Positions 11,012 through 25,100 of a stretch of 64,000 bases of DNA are shown piece by piece. The notes beneath the pieces are model-generated. The model was not told where the DNA came from, did no database searches, and saw nothing but the letters and a program-made list of their open reading frames with translations. The stretch lies in the NCBI RefSeq assembly GCF_006345805.1, contig NC_043016.1, positions 19,964,001-20,028,000 on the forward strand, written 5' to 3'. The first letter of the stretch is position 1; the number at the start of each line of letters is the position of its first letter. Source of the stretch: Octopus sinensis. Lineage: Eukaryota. Position numbers and translations under genes: made by a program.

Positions 11012-13395
11012 GTAAGAATTACGTCTCTCTTTATGGTTTTTCAGATTCCTTACAAGCAAATTTTATAAGTTGTATCGATGAAATTAGTGACTTTCTGTGT
11101 GTGCGAATAGTAAATAAATAGTCTATAAAATAAAACTGTTCATTTTGGGGCCTGGATATGAGAAGATATTTTTACATTTCGATTGCAAATTTAGTTTAGA
11201 AAATCTCGGTTCCGAGTTCAATTCCTGACGTGACACAATTTTATCCCTTGTTCGTTTCCCAAGGAGTCAACACTTGGCAATTTCTTTGATCGACCACACA
11301 TTCGTTACTTTGTGTCTATTGTAGAAAATATTTAATCTGTTACTGTTGTTTATTTATTAATATTTTAACATCTGAATGAATATATGTATATATATTTCGG
11401 TGTTGTATTTGTTTTTTTAAGTGACGCTCTGAGATCGTGTGTTGAAAATGAAAGAATTAAGAACACGTATTATTATCATTCGTTTTATTATGTTATGGTA
11501 TTACATACTGTAAAGTGGCGAAAACTTTTGTGGTACGATTACTATCTGGTCGCTGGTAATAAATTTCTTCTGGATATGTTCAAAGTAAACTCAGTTGTTA
11601 ACATTCTCACTAGTTTAGGAGAGCCTTCGAAGGTCATGGGTAGTATTTGCTGTTTATTGACACAGATTTACACACACACTCCCGCGCGCACTGTATTTAA
11701 ATCACGCCCGTTAATTTTGTTTGCATTGAAGGAAGGCGGGTTCAGTTCGTTAAGAGCCCTCGTCGAATGTAATAAGGCTACATTTCGGACAGTACTCCTT
11801 ACCGGAGAAAGGGAGTTGAGAAGGGCCGTGTCTAAAATACCAGAACACATATTAATTCACAAAGCTTATTAATAACTTCAGTTTAAATGCAAACACAAAT
11901 TGAAGTGTACACTAACTCTACTAGTGTATTTCTAAAAACACGCTTCCTAAATAAGTACTTGATTGTTTAAACTTCGATATTTCAATTGCTTACATTGATA
12001 AAATCGTCGAATATGTACATAAGCAACGACCCTCACTCCTACGTAGACACGACATGTCACGTTCGACTGATTACAAAACATCTTTTTATATACATGATTA
12101 CTAATTAAAAGGAGTTAATTACTGTTTTGTGGCATACGACGGGGTGCTGAAAAGTTAAAGAAAAAACAGGAGGATCAGCTAATTATGATTTTATTCAACA
12201 TATTCCCCTCTCTCATATTTACACACTTATTGCAGTGGACCTTCAGTTTTTCTAAGCCCTGTGAAAGAACTTGGAAGGTTGAGCCTCTAACCAGGCCTCT
12301 CGCGGCACCCTTAAAGTCAGGAACTTTTCAGCACCCCCATCCCACCTTGTATTTACGAACATGAAATAGCACACCCTGGAGTTTTGTGGATATTCAGGGA
12401 TTTCACACGTGTAATGTAAATAATAGGCGCAGGAGTGGCTGTGTGGTACGTAGCTTGCTAACCAACCACATGGTTCCGGGTTCAGTCCCACTGCGCGGCA
12501 TCTTGGGCAAGTGTCTTCTGCTATAGCCCCGGGACGACCAATGCCTTGTGAGTGGATTTGGTAGACGGAAACTGAAAGAAGCCTGTCGTATATATGTATA
12601 TAAATATATATGTATGTGTGTGTGTGTCTGTGTTTGTCCCCCTAGCATTGCTTGACAGCCGATGCTGGTGTGTTTACGGCCCCCGTCACTTAGCGGTTCG
12701 GCAAAAGAGACCGATAGAATAAGTACTGGGCTTACAAAGAATAAGTCCCGGGGTCGATTTGCTCGACTAAAGGCGGTGCTCCAGCATGGCCGCAGTCCAG
12801 TCAAATGACTGAAACAAGTAAAAAGAGTAAAAAAAAAAGAGTAATGCTTTATGGGCTAGAAAGTAAACCTATGACTATGATAACGGCGGTCGTCGTTTTA
12901 CATACATTTATTTGCCTGGTAGCCTTAGAAAAAGAGGTTGTGCGATGGACCAGATTGAAAGAGGAAGAAAGATACTTACCTCTTTAATCAAGTCCTCAAC
13001 ATTTTCTAGTTTCACTTGATAAAGGAAAGTGGGGGTGGGGTGGGGGAAATGCTGCTCCCCCAGCAGTTTTGTTAAAAAGTAGGTGAACATTGCAAGAATT
13101 GTCCGAGTGAACGGGCCTATTCTAGGCATGTGCCCTAGTGATCAGGGCGACCATAATTTTTGTGGGTTCTCCACGAGCAGCTCTAAGAAGTTTCCTTCAT
13201 TGTTATAATTATATTTTGTTACTTTCTACACACCTTTTATGTAACCCCACATTATATGTTTTTGTGAACTCTTAGCGGTAAATAAAGAAAACATCATCAT
13301 CATTATTATTATGGCTTTAAAAATATAGAGTAAACATGGTCTGTAAATTTTTGTCTTAATATCAGCGATTCAGAATCTTTAAAAATGAATTTTTT

Positions 13396-13427
<32 letters not shown>

Positions 13428-16400
13428 CTGAGGGACCTAAATCCAAAGCTGTATAAAAGCGGAGATAGATATATAAGTAGGTAGATATGTATGTAGACAG
13501 ATAGATAGGTAGGTAGGTACATGCGTACATACATAAGTAGGTAGGTAGAGAGATGGGTAGGTAAGATAGATGAGTAGATAAGCAGGTAGGTAGGTAGAGA
13601 GATTGATAAGCAGGTAGCTAGCTAGATAGATAGATAGATAGATGGATAAATAGATAGATAGATGAATGGGTAGGTGGATAGATAGATATATAGATAGATG
13701 GTTGATAGGTAGATAGAATAACAAACAAAAAGATAAGAAGGAAAGCTTCTAACAACATTTGAAGTTCTCTCCTTTCCTTTTTCTTTTCTTATTCTACTTC
13801 TGTATCACATTTTTCACGCAAATTATAAAGCTCTTCTTACAAACTTTTTGGACCATCAGTGTCAGACTACTTTACTGTTATTTTGCACAGTATAGTAATA
13901 ACAAACCTAGGCTAATGTACAGGTACTCTGTATTTCATTTAATCATTTAAGTAAATTTAATACTTGTTTAATTTAGAATGTGTTAACCAAACTGACCACC
14001 CCAAGTTTGGAAAAATCAGTAACCAAAATGGCTTTCGGACTGAAGGCTCCTGAAAGTCAGTGTTGTACCTACACATGCACACTCATTTCAAATGCAAACG
14101 AAATATATGCCAAGAAAAGTACCTTTTATATTTATAAAATAACAATATCAACCAAAAAGGAAAGAAAAAAGCAAGCAACAGTAAATCCTTTCAATTTTAT
14201 GAGTTCCTTGATTTGAATATAATTCCAAGGCCAGAAATTTGGTGGGGGGTGGGGGTGAGGGCCTAGTTGATTACATCAACCTCAATACCTGACAGGTATT
14301 TATTCTATCCCCCACCCCCAAGAATTGAAAGGCAAGATCAACCTTGGTCACATTTGAATTCAGAACATAAAACCGGAAGAAACGACACTGAGCATTTTGT
14401 CCAATCCACTACTCAAATCTTGATTTGAGTAATACAATTTGAGTAATACAAAAATAATAGACGTAAAAGTAAGACGTGTAATTTAATCTTTGGATTATTA
14501 TTAAGTGGAGTCTTTTGTTTTTTTCTTTTACTTTTTTTTTGTTGTTGCTCTAATTAACAAGAGTTCATGCAAGAATGAGTTTTTTTTTTTTTCTAGTTAT
14601 TCTTATTGATGTGTTCTTAGTTATTTTCAGAAAATAAGATGTTAAACACTTGCAGTGACTCGGTGTTGTAGGAAAAAAGATTTGGGGGTAGGTAAATTAA
14701 AGTAATGTAATTATCAATTAGATATAATTTTGTAACTGATAATTGTTATAAAGAGATTCGGTTGTTCAATTAAATGAATTTCTTCTTCATTGCTATAGCA
14801 TTGAATTGACTAAATGTTCCACAGATTGTTCTTCATTTTATGTTCACTTTTCATGGTGAGATAGGCCAGTTGATCTGCCAGGTTCAGGGTCCGACTGTAG
14901 TTTTTATATACATATAAAAAATGACCATCTTGAAATGTGTGTGTGTGTAAATGTATATATGTATATGCGTGTATAAGTATATGTATATATGTATGTGTGT
15001 GTGTATATAAGCAGATAACCCAAGGATGTGAGAGGCAAAAAGTTTTAATATTTCCATTGAGGTTACAGCTGTTTCATAATTTACTCTGAGATACATCATT
15101 AACTTTGATGCAAGACAGAGTGGTCATGATTGGATTAGAGTATGACCCAATACTGAATAAGCTACACAACAACAACAAACCAACAGTAGAGCTTCTACAC
15201 TATCAGTTTGCTTACTTGACATAGCAATCAACAGTCTTTTAACCATTTTGTGACCAACCTGTCTGAAACTGCCCCAGTTTCTTTGATACTAACTCCCTGT
15301 TTTAGAATGACCTTCCCAGAGAATTTCATGCTAGTTTATATTCTAAACACCAGCTTAATAGTGACAACATTATTTTACCAAATTCTTCATTACTTTCAAA
15401 TTTAATTGAAACAAAGACAGTGCATTTCAATCGAAATTTAGTAACATAATGGTTAATTCCCATGTGAGATATCTTAGAAAAAAAAAAGTCATGATGTAAT
15501 ATTGTTACATTATGCCTGTAAACAAAAATATATAAATAAAATGCAAAAGACTGGATGGTCATGGTTAGAATGCTTTTGATCATAAGTGTGATGGATCTGG
15601 GTTTAGACAACAACAATAGCATTGAAAATTTATAAACCCTACCTTGTTGGATAGGTAGTAAGAAAATAGAAAGTACTGCGTGAGGTGTTCCGTGTTAAGC
15701 ATTGGTAGCCATTTCTGAAGTATTTATAATACCAATAAGCAACAAAACTATTCATCTTTAAATATCTCCATTTATTAATTTTTATTTTTTATTTGTTGTT
15801 ATTTTTATTCTCCTTTTTTGTTTTTACGTTTTTTTTTATCCTTTTAGCTTAAAATGAGAGGAGATTATTTCTTCGTTTGTCTTGCCAAATATTCAAGATA
15901 ATTATTTCCTTTGTGCTTTTCTAGCCTTAACTTTTGATTATGTTTTCATTGTTTTATTATTTTTCTTACTTTTTTATTGTATCTTTTTTTTTTTTTTAAT
16001 TTATATTTTTCTCTTTTTCATTTGTCTAATTTCCTCTTTTTATTCTCTCTGCTTTACTCTCAGATCAATAGATCATTGATTGAGTAAAAGTACCACCAGG
16101 TGATTAAGGTGGAGAACTGATATAATGAACCAAGTAAATAAAGTGTTATCAGACACCATTTAATAATAGGTCAGGAGTTCGTAACCTTCTTATGTATTTT
16201 CTTGCCTCTCTCTCTCTTTACAACAGAAACTTACCTTTAGGAGTTTTCAGTAGATTTAACTCTCAGCAATAGGTATCAAATTGCCAGGGAAAATTGCTGC
16301 TGAGCTTCAGATATTTAACTAAGAGGAAAAACTATTAAATTGTCTGAGAATGTCGCCTCTGGGCCTCAGCTGACTTAACTGTCAGGAATAGGTATCAAAT

Positions 16401-16736
16401 TGTCAGAGAATGATAGCTCTGATCCTCAGCTAACTTAACTTTCAGGAAAAGCTATTAAATTATATGTAAATGTTTACTCTGAAACAGTATGTAAAACAGT
16501 ATGTCAGATGCAGCACAGAATTTTGTCAGTGAACAGGTCACGGTCTCAAAGCAACGAAAATATTTTGACAAATTAAATTTAAATGTTGAAGTGAATCTAA
16601 CAGACTTTGTGTGTTTCTTAAATGCTTATAAACACCTTCCACGCTGCAATTGCTTTCGTTCCAGCACACGATCTCAGATCAAGTCACTTGCTATGCAAGT
16701 ACATCTCTGTAATATATATATATACACATCTCTGAA

Positions 16737-16805
<69 letters not shown>

Positions 16806-17741
16806 AATTAAATTTAAATGTTGAAGTGAATCTAACGGATTTTGTGTGTTTTTAAATGGCTTATAAACACCTTCCACGCTGCAATTGTTTTCGTTCCAGC
16901 ACACAACCTCAGATCAGGTTACTTGCTATGCAAGTACATCTCTGAAACAGTATGTGAATGTTACGTAGGAAACGGTGTCAAATTGTCTGAGAATGTTACC
17001 TCTGAGCCTCAGGCCACCTAATTGTCAAGAATAAATATCAGATTGTCTGGAAATGTTGCTTGTGCATGACTGACTGGCATTCTTGCTAGAGATGATTTTT
17101 CCAGTTCAGTCTAATTCTGACAGTGGATTGATAGAATTGGTTGATTGACAGTCAAGATTCTTTGTAGTGTTTAGATGCATAATCTTGTTTTAGTCATTTG
17201 AGATGCTGGAACCTGACCTTCAAGAATTTAGTTAATCATATCAGACCTAGTATTTATTTCTGTTTGCTACTTTACTTGATTTAACTTCCAAACTAAGTTG
17301 CAGAACATGGGTGCAAAGACACTTTTATTTACACACACACATTCCTGTACCTACAACTCTTTATATTCTTGGTTCAAATCCTACCTTACTCAACTTTGCT
17401 TTTCATTGTTCACAGATCAATAAAATAAAGTACCGTATTTTAACGTGTATAAGGAACCCCCTAATTCCTGGGGCTTAAAATTTGGAAAAAAGGTTTTGTA
17501 AGGGATTATAATATTACCCATGTATAAGAAACTCTCTTATTTTTTAAACTTAATTTTTGACAAAAAAGGGTTCCTTATACATAGGTGCAGGAGTGGCTGT
17601 GTGGTAAGTAGCTTGCTTACCAACCACATGGTTTCAGGTTCAGTCCCACTGCATGGCACCTTGGGTAAATGTCTTCTACTATAGCCTTGGGCTGACCAAA
17701 GCCTTGTGAGTGGGTTTGGTAAATGGAAACTGAAAGAAGCC

Positions 17742-17784
<43 letters not shown>

Positions 17785-18235
17785 TGTGTGTCTGTGTTTG
17801 TCTCCCCACTGCCATCGCTTGACAACTGATGTTGGTGTGTTTACTAGGCTTACAAAGAATAAGTCCTGGGATTGATTTGTTCATTTAAAGTCGGTACTCC
17901 AGCATGGCTGCAGTCAAATAACTGAAACAAGTAAAAGAATAAATATGAGAATACGGTACTTGTCAAATGTTGAGGTTAAATACCTTGGACTATAACTTCA
18001 CCCAACAAAAAGAGAAGAAACATAGATGTAACTTATTCTTTTATTTGTTTCGGTCATTTGACTGTGGCCATGCTGGAGCACCACCTTTAGTTGAACAAAT
18101 TGACCCCAGGACTTATTTTTTGTAAGCAAAGTACTTATTCTATCGATCTCTTTTGCCGAACCACTAAGTTACAGAAACGTAAACATACCAACATTGGTTG
18201 TCAAGTGATAGTGGGGGACAAACACAGATATTTAC

Positions 18236-18287
<52 letters not shown>

Positions 18288-19153
18288 AATATATATATCG
18301 ACGGCTTCTTTCAGTTTCCGTCTACCAAATCCACTCACAAGGCTTTGTTTGTCCGGAGGCTATAGTGGAAGACACCTGCCCAAGGTACCACACAGAATAC
18401 AAAGGCTGTAACTAATAACAGCAAGTCATTTTGTCCAACACTTTAATGATTCTGCCAATGTACTTATTATAAATCATTAGAATAAGGGTTTCAAATGTTG
18501 GTACAAGGCCTGCAATTTTGGGGAAGGGTATAAATCAATTACATCAGCCCCAATGCTCAACAGGTGCTTATTTTATCAAAATTCCAAGGAGATGAAAGGC
18601 AAAGTCAACCTTTGTAGAATTTGATCGTAGAACTTTAAGAGATATGCAATGCCACTAAACATTTTGCCTGGCGTGATAATGATTTTGCCAACTTACCACC
18701 TTGATGAATTGTTATAATAATAATAATAATAATAATTATAATTTTTATGAAAATATTATTTAGTTTAATGTGAGTGAAAAAAATGTGAGGAAAAAAAACG
18801 GAAATTTTGGATATTTCAAGATCTTTATTTAACATTGAACTTTCAATTTTGTAGGTTTTTGCAGAGCAATTTCCAGACAAGTATGGATGGCTTATAACAT
18901 ATTTTAATGAGATATATGCTTGCCTGGATCTCTTCATTCAGAATTATTATTTATACAGATATGGTATGTAAACACAGTTATAAAATTCTACAGCTCTACT
19001 AGACTAATATGTATATATGTATATGAGTGTGTGTATGTGTGTGTATGTATATATATCTATATATGAGTGTGTGTATGTATATATATCTATATATGAGTGT
19101 GTGTATGTATATATATCTATATATGAGTGTGTGTATGTATATATATCTATATA

Positions 19154-19187
<34 letters not shown>

Positions 19188-22100
19188 GAGAGAGATAGAG
19201 AGAGGGAGAGAAAGAGAGGCAGGGTAGATATCAGAATAGTGATTTGAGACAAATTCATGATGGTTTCCAGATGTTAGGTTTCTGTTGGTCAGCTCAGGTC
19301 ATGTGGTGTTAAAGCTGTGGAAGTGGCACCAACCATCTTTTTTATTCTCAGGGCAATGTTCTTGGACAGGATGTTGTCGTCACTTTGGCAGCCGGTTGTG
19401 GCATAGTGTATTCAGCAAAATCAGTTCCTTGTATTGAGTACCAGACTTCGGAGAGTGGGTCAGTAAATTCCCTCGTCCTTCACATGAGGTATTAACATTT
19501 TAGGGAAAATGGTTTTTACATGAGAGTAACAAATTTGATGGTGTTGTGGGGATGTGTGAAGTTGGATGATCAACAGGGATAGTTTATATCAGTTGCAGGA
19601 ATTAAATATCCTGCCCTTTGTGTGGGACAGCCAGGCTTTGGATGGTATATCTGGAATGTCAGCTGCCAATGGCTTGAAGTACATTAACAGGGTGTACCTC
19701 TGGTGGCAGCAAAATGATAGTTCATTCTTTCTGTTGATAGATACTGTTGGTAGATTGGTGAAGTACGAGTAGTCTTTCACTAGTCAGAGTTGGCAATTGC
19801 AAGTTGAAGATGAGTAAGGAAGGGAAACCATGTCAATGATACTCCATTTGATGTTGATGAAGTTGTTCTGATAGTCATGGTGTCTTCAGATAAAATGGGA
19901 CAGGGAAGTAGAGTTTTCCCTATCCTTGCATCTGCAGGAGTGAATATGTTCTGTATACCTTTCCCTAAAATCATTAGTTCTTGTATTTGTAATGTTTTAT
20001 GATGCCATCAGATGGTGTGAGGGTGGCTCTATAGACTACAACCTTTAGAGTTACAAACTTGTGGGGAAAATTGTATATGTGTGTGTTTGTGTCCGTTGTA
20101 TTGTATGATGTTTGAAGCAATATCACCTAAGCAGGAGTAACTGACTTTAACATTGTGGAGATTGAAGAGTTTATAATAGCTGTGAATTCTACCCTACAAT
20201 TTTTTTTCTTTTTATCAATATTTTCAATTTGTAATTCTTTTTACTAGGTGGATCATTTACAGAACAGTTTTATGGAATAAAACGTATAACAAATAGTGAA
20301 AAGACTCTTAAGCATCTCCCGAAGAATGTTCATTTAAAGTCTCTATTATTTTTGGTATGTCACTTCATTTTATTTGCTTTTTAACTTCCTTCTTGATCCT
20401 CTTTTGGGTTTTTCTCTCTCTCTTTTTTTAATTAATGTGTTTAATTATTTGTCCAAATTCAGTTCTATCTTTTTTATTTCTTTTTCTATTTTGACCCTTT
20501 AGATTATTGTCATATTCAAAAGCATGGTTATGTGGTTAAAAAACTTGTTTCCCAACCATAAGGTCTTGGGTGACACCTTAGGCAGGTGTCTTCTACTAAA
20601 CCCTGAGTCACTCAGAGTCTTGTGAGTGAATTTGGTTCATGGAAGCCAAAAGAAACCTAGCATATATAATTATTATTATTATTACTACTACTACTATTAT
20701 TATTATTATTATTATTATTCCTCATCTCTTAAATATTGTACATTATTAATGTCACATATTTAATGTATGTGCTCTGTTTATATGCATTTCAGTTGTAGTA
20801 CTTCCTCCAGGGAAACTTCCTTTAAGACATGGACTGTTAAAAATTTGAATTTTGTTTTTTGTTTTACTTGTGCAGCACTCTTTCACATCAATGGATATAT
20901 ATTATGCTATCTGTATATATCTCAGACCAGTTTGAATTAATTTCAAGGGTGATTTGAATATACGGTACTATTGAGCTGAAATAACAGCAAAATATAGATA
21001 TCCACCATTCACATTTGCCTGTAGGGTGATTTATTTTCCCTGGCTTTGAGGTATACTGTTTTTCTTAAAACTTGATGTCTTAGAGAGACTTTTCCCTGGA
21101 CAAACTATTCTAGTTGTAAAGCATTCAAACAAAACTCATATATTGAGCATGTGACATCAATAATATATATATATATATATATATATGCTTACGGCCATAT
21201 CACTTTGAAAACACCGGTTCTCGTCTGATCACCGAAGTTAAGCAACATCGAGCCTAGTTAGTACTTAGATGGGTGACTGCTTGGGAAACCTGGGTGCTGT
21301 AAACGTCTCTCTATCAGGCGCAGGAGCGACTGTGTGGTAAGTAGCTTGCTTACCAACCACATGGTTCCGGGTTCAGTCTCACTGCATGGCACCTTGGGCA
21401 AGTGTCTTCTACTATAGCCTCGGGTCAACCAAAGCCTTGTGAGTGGATTTGGTAGACGGAAACTGAAAGAAACCGTCGTATATATGTATATGTATATGTG
21501 TATATATATGTATGTATGTATGTGTGTGTGTTTGTACTCCCAACATCGCTTGACGACTGATGGTGGTGTGCTTATGTCCCCGTAACTAAGCGGTTTGGCA
21601 AAAGAGACCGATAGAATAACTACTAGGCTTACAAAGAATAAGTCCTGGGGTTGATTTGCTCGACTAAGAGGCGGTGCTCCAGCATGGCTGCAGTCAAATG
21701 ACTGAAACAAGTAAAAGAATAAAAGAATAGTAAAAGAATATAAATGTGTGTGTGTGTACCCTTGTCTTGACATAATGTGATGATTTAAATGAGCACATAG
21801 CCTTTTGCCCTTGCCTGATCAAGTAAGTCTGTAGTTCTGATTGAACATCATGTGTACATCCATATAGAGCACCCAACAATTGCAAGGCTGAATTAATTTT
21901 TTTTTTATTTTTTACTTTGTATCTTTTACTTTTTACTTGTATCAGTCATTAGATTGTGGCTATGCTGGGGCACCGCTTGTAAGAACTTTTAAGTCAAACG
22001 AATCAATGACAGTCCTTACTCTGTTTTTAAAGCCTGGTATTTATTCTGTTGGTTTCTTTTGTCAAACTGCTAAGTTACAGGAACATAAACACATCAACAC

Positions 22101-25100
22101 TAGTTGTGAAGCAGTAGTTGGGAATAAATACAGATAGACACACACACATACACACATGCAATGGGCTCCTTTCAGTTTCCGTTTACTAAATCCACTCACA
22201 AGACTTTGATTGGCTTGAGGCTATAATAGAAAACTGTCCAAGGTATCACACAGGAGGATTGAACCCAAAACCATGTGGTTAAGAAGCAAGCCTCTTACCA
22301 CACAGCCTAGTCCTGATCTAGCAGACTACTAGTCAGTTGTCATGTAGCCGCCACATTATACTGAACACTGACATGTCTATGCCAGTATCCTATTATTCCA
22401 AAATTAAATTGTCTTTTGATCTTGTTCCAATTTATTTCTTTAGGTAATTGTTCCATACGTCAGAGAAAAATGGAAACTCAGTTATGAATATTTCAAAGAA
22501 AGTCAGCACCAGCATACACCTAGCATTTATAGACAGGTGAGTTTTCCTTTTGTCTTAAAAAAATTTCTGGTTCTCTGCATTTTTTAATTGCATGTGTGAC
22601 ATTGGGGGTGGGGTGGGGTGGGGCGTACTATCAAACTTGATGCAGAACAAATATCTCATGAGATATTTTGTTTGTAAAGGATTGGTTTTTTAGTTGTTTT
22701 TATATCCTTTGCTGATACACCTCTGAAATCACACATAGATATGTGTGTGTGTGTGTGTGTGTGTGTATACATCATCATTATCATTAGCATTTAATTTTTT
22801 CATTTTCCACATTGGCATACTTTAGATGGTTTTGATAGGCGCTGGCAAGCCAGAGAATTTTGGCATAGTTTCTATAGCTGGATGCCCTTCCTAACACCAA
22901 CCACTCCACAGAGTTTACTGGGTGCTTTTTACATGGTACCAAAACCAGTGAGGTCACCAAGTAACTTGCAAAGCTACAAAACCATCTTCTAGTTATTGTT
23001 AGCACAACTGTGTGTATGTATGTATATATGCCTATATATATATATATACACACATAATGTGTGTGTGTGTGTGTGTGCATTTATGTATTTGTTTTGCAAG
23101 ATTCTTGATGTGTAATCATCATCATCATCACCATCGTTTAACGTCCACTTTCCATGCTGGCATGGGTTGGACAGTTTGACTGAGGACTGGTGAGCCAAAG
23201 GCTGCACTAGACTCCAATCTGATCTGGCAAAGTTTCTACAGCTGGATGTCCTTCCTAACACCAGCCACTCTGAGAGTGTAGTGGGTGCTTTTACATGCCA
23301 CCAGCACGAGGGCCAGTTTGGTGGTTCTGGCAACGATCACGCCCAAAAGGTAATTTTTATGTGCTACCTTGCATAGGAGCCAGTCCGGCTGCACTGGCAA
23401 TGATCACTCTCAAATGTTGTTTTTCACATGCCACCTGTGCTTTTTATGTGCCACCGGCATGGGATCGTGTGTTGAAACAGATAATGTTATATTTTGGGGG
23501 ATGATCAGTTGCAGGTATGTTGATATCAGAAGGGTTAAGGACAGATGAGGGTGTAAATCCCAACATCTACAATGTTCCTGTAAAGTGCAGCAGCCCCATG
23601 TAGCCAATAAATGAAGATGATAATTATTTTTTTTATTTTGGCACAAGGCCAGTGATTTTGAAGGGGGTGGGTAAGTTGATTATAATAGCCCTAGTTTTTT
23701 TGTGTGTTTTCTGCCTTTAATCCTCCAACGTGGAGTATAGGCCACTTATAATTGAATTCCATGTCACATAATTTTTTGCTTCTGTACTTATCCTCTGCCA
23801 TGAATGTCCCCCTTTCTCTAGTTCCTTTTGTGTTGATCTCCACCACGAGTTCTTAGGCCTACCTTTCTTTCTATATCCATCCGGATTCCACTGTAAAGTA
23901 CTTTTCACTACATTTGGTGTGTCTTTTCTAATTGTGCTACCAATCCACTTCCTCTCTTTCTTAAATATTTGCTCCCTAATCGAAACTTGATGTGTTTATG
24001 CATGTATTTGTAAGGGTGGCCACTTAACAGAATCATCATTTATCCACAGCTGTTGGTGCATAATATTCTTATGATCAACATTTACTCATTTCTGGCAAGC
24101 TGTATACTGCCCTCATTAATTTAGTTTAGTGGTCAGTTTCATTTTGTGATATAAGAAAAAATTTGGTTTGGCAGAAAAATTTATGATAAAATATGTGTTG
24201 AAAAAAATGGTTGAGTAACTCTTGAATGCAAATTCTAAGTAGTATAGTTCCTTTATTTCTTAAATAGTTTTGAAATAATTCATCTTAAATTAATGATCTT
24301 GATGAAAAAAAACGTAATTTTGAAAACCATGTTGAAATTGGCTCATAAGATAAAACAATATGGGACAAAATGTGGCCAGATTGAAATGCAAATAATGCTT
24401 GGTGTCAACTTTTAATCACTACTGGTATGACACCGACTTTCTGGACACCTCTGGTTTGGAACCTCTTATAATCCACACTAATTTATTAGCATGAACTACA
24501 AATTCCCATGCCTACCAGACTAATTCATTGAGCAGCCTTGTTTCATAATACTTTGCACAGTACTGCATTAATAAACTTGTAGCATTGACACTAATATACA
24601 GGTACAAGGGAGTACTGAAAAGTTCCTGGCTTTAAGGGTATCATGAAAGGCCCAACCTTCTGAGTTCTTTTACGGGGCTTAGAAAAACTGAAGGACTGCT
24701 GCAATAAGTGTGTGAATCTGAGGGGAATATGTTAAATAAAATAATAATTAACTGATCATCCTATATTTTCTTTTATCCAAAACCAGGAACTTTTCATCAT
24801 TCCCTCATAACTGTGTTTCATTTAATTCTTTAAGTAAATTTCATATTTGTTTAATTTAGAGGTGACCACACCTGGTTAGGAAAAATTGGTAATCTGAAAG
24901 GGCTTTGGAACCAAAGGTCTGTAGTATCGATGCTGTTCGTATATACCTCTATGATAAGAAAATTGGAAAATAAAATTCACTGTAATTAAGGTTAAATTGT
25001 GTAAAACTTGACAGAGTAGAACAAAATTTAGAAGGAAAAGTGAGCAAATTTGGATAAGAGTACTCCTGACGTATTTAAACCATCATATTTCTATGATATA

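Noticed and set aside
11384-11872. 162-aa ORF in PEX12 intron 1
   Set aside because: No recognisable motif and no frame-compatible splice role; probably chance.
21187-21306. Functional 5S rRNA gene
   Set aside because: Solitary, no terminator, apparent substitutions; called a pseudogene instead.
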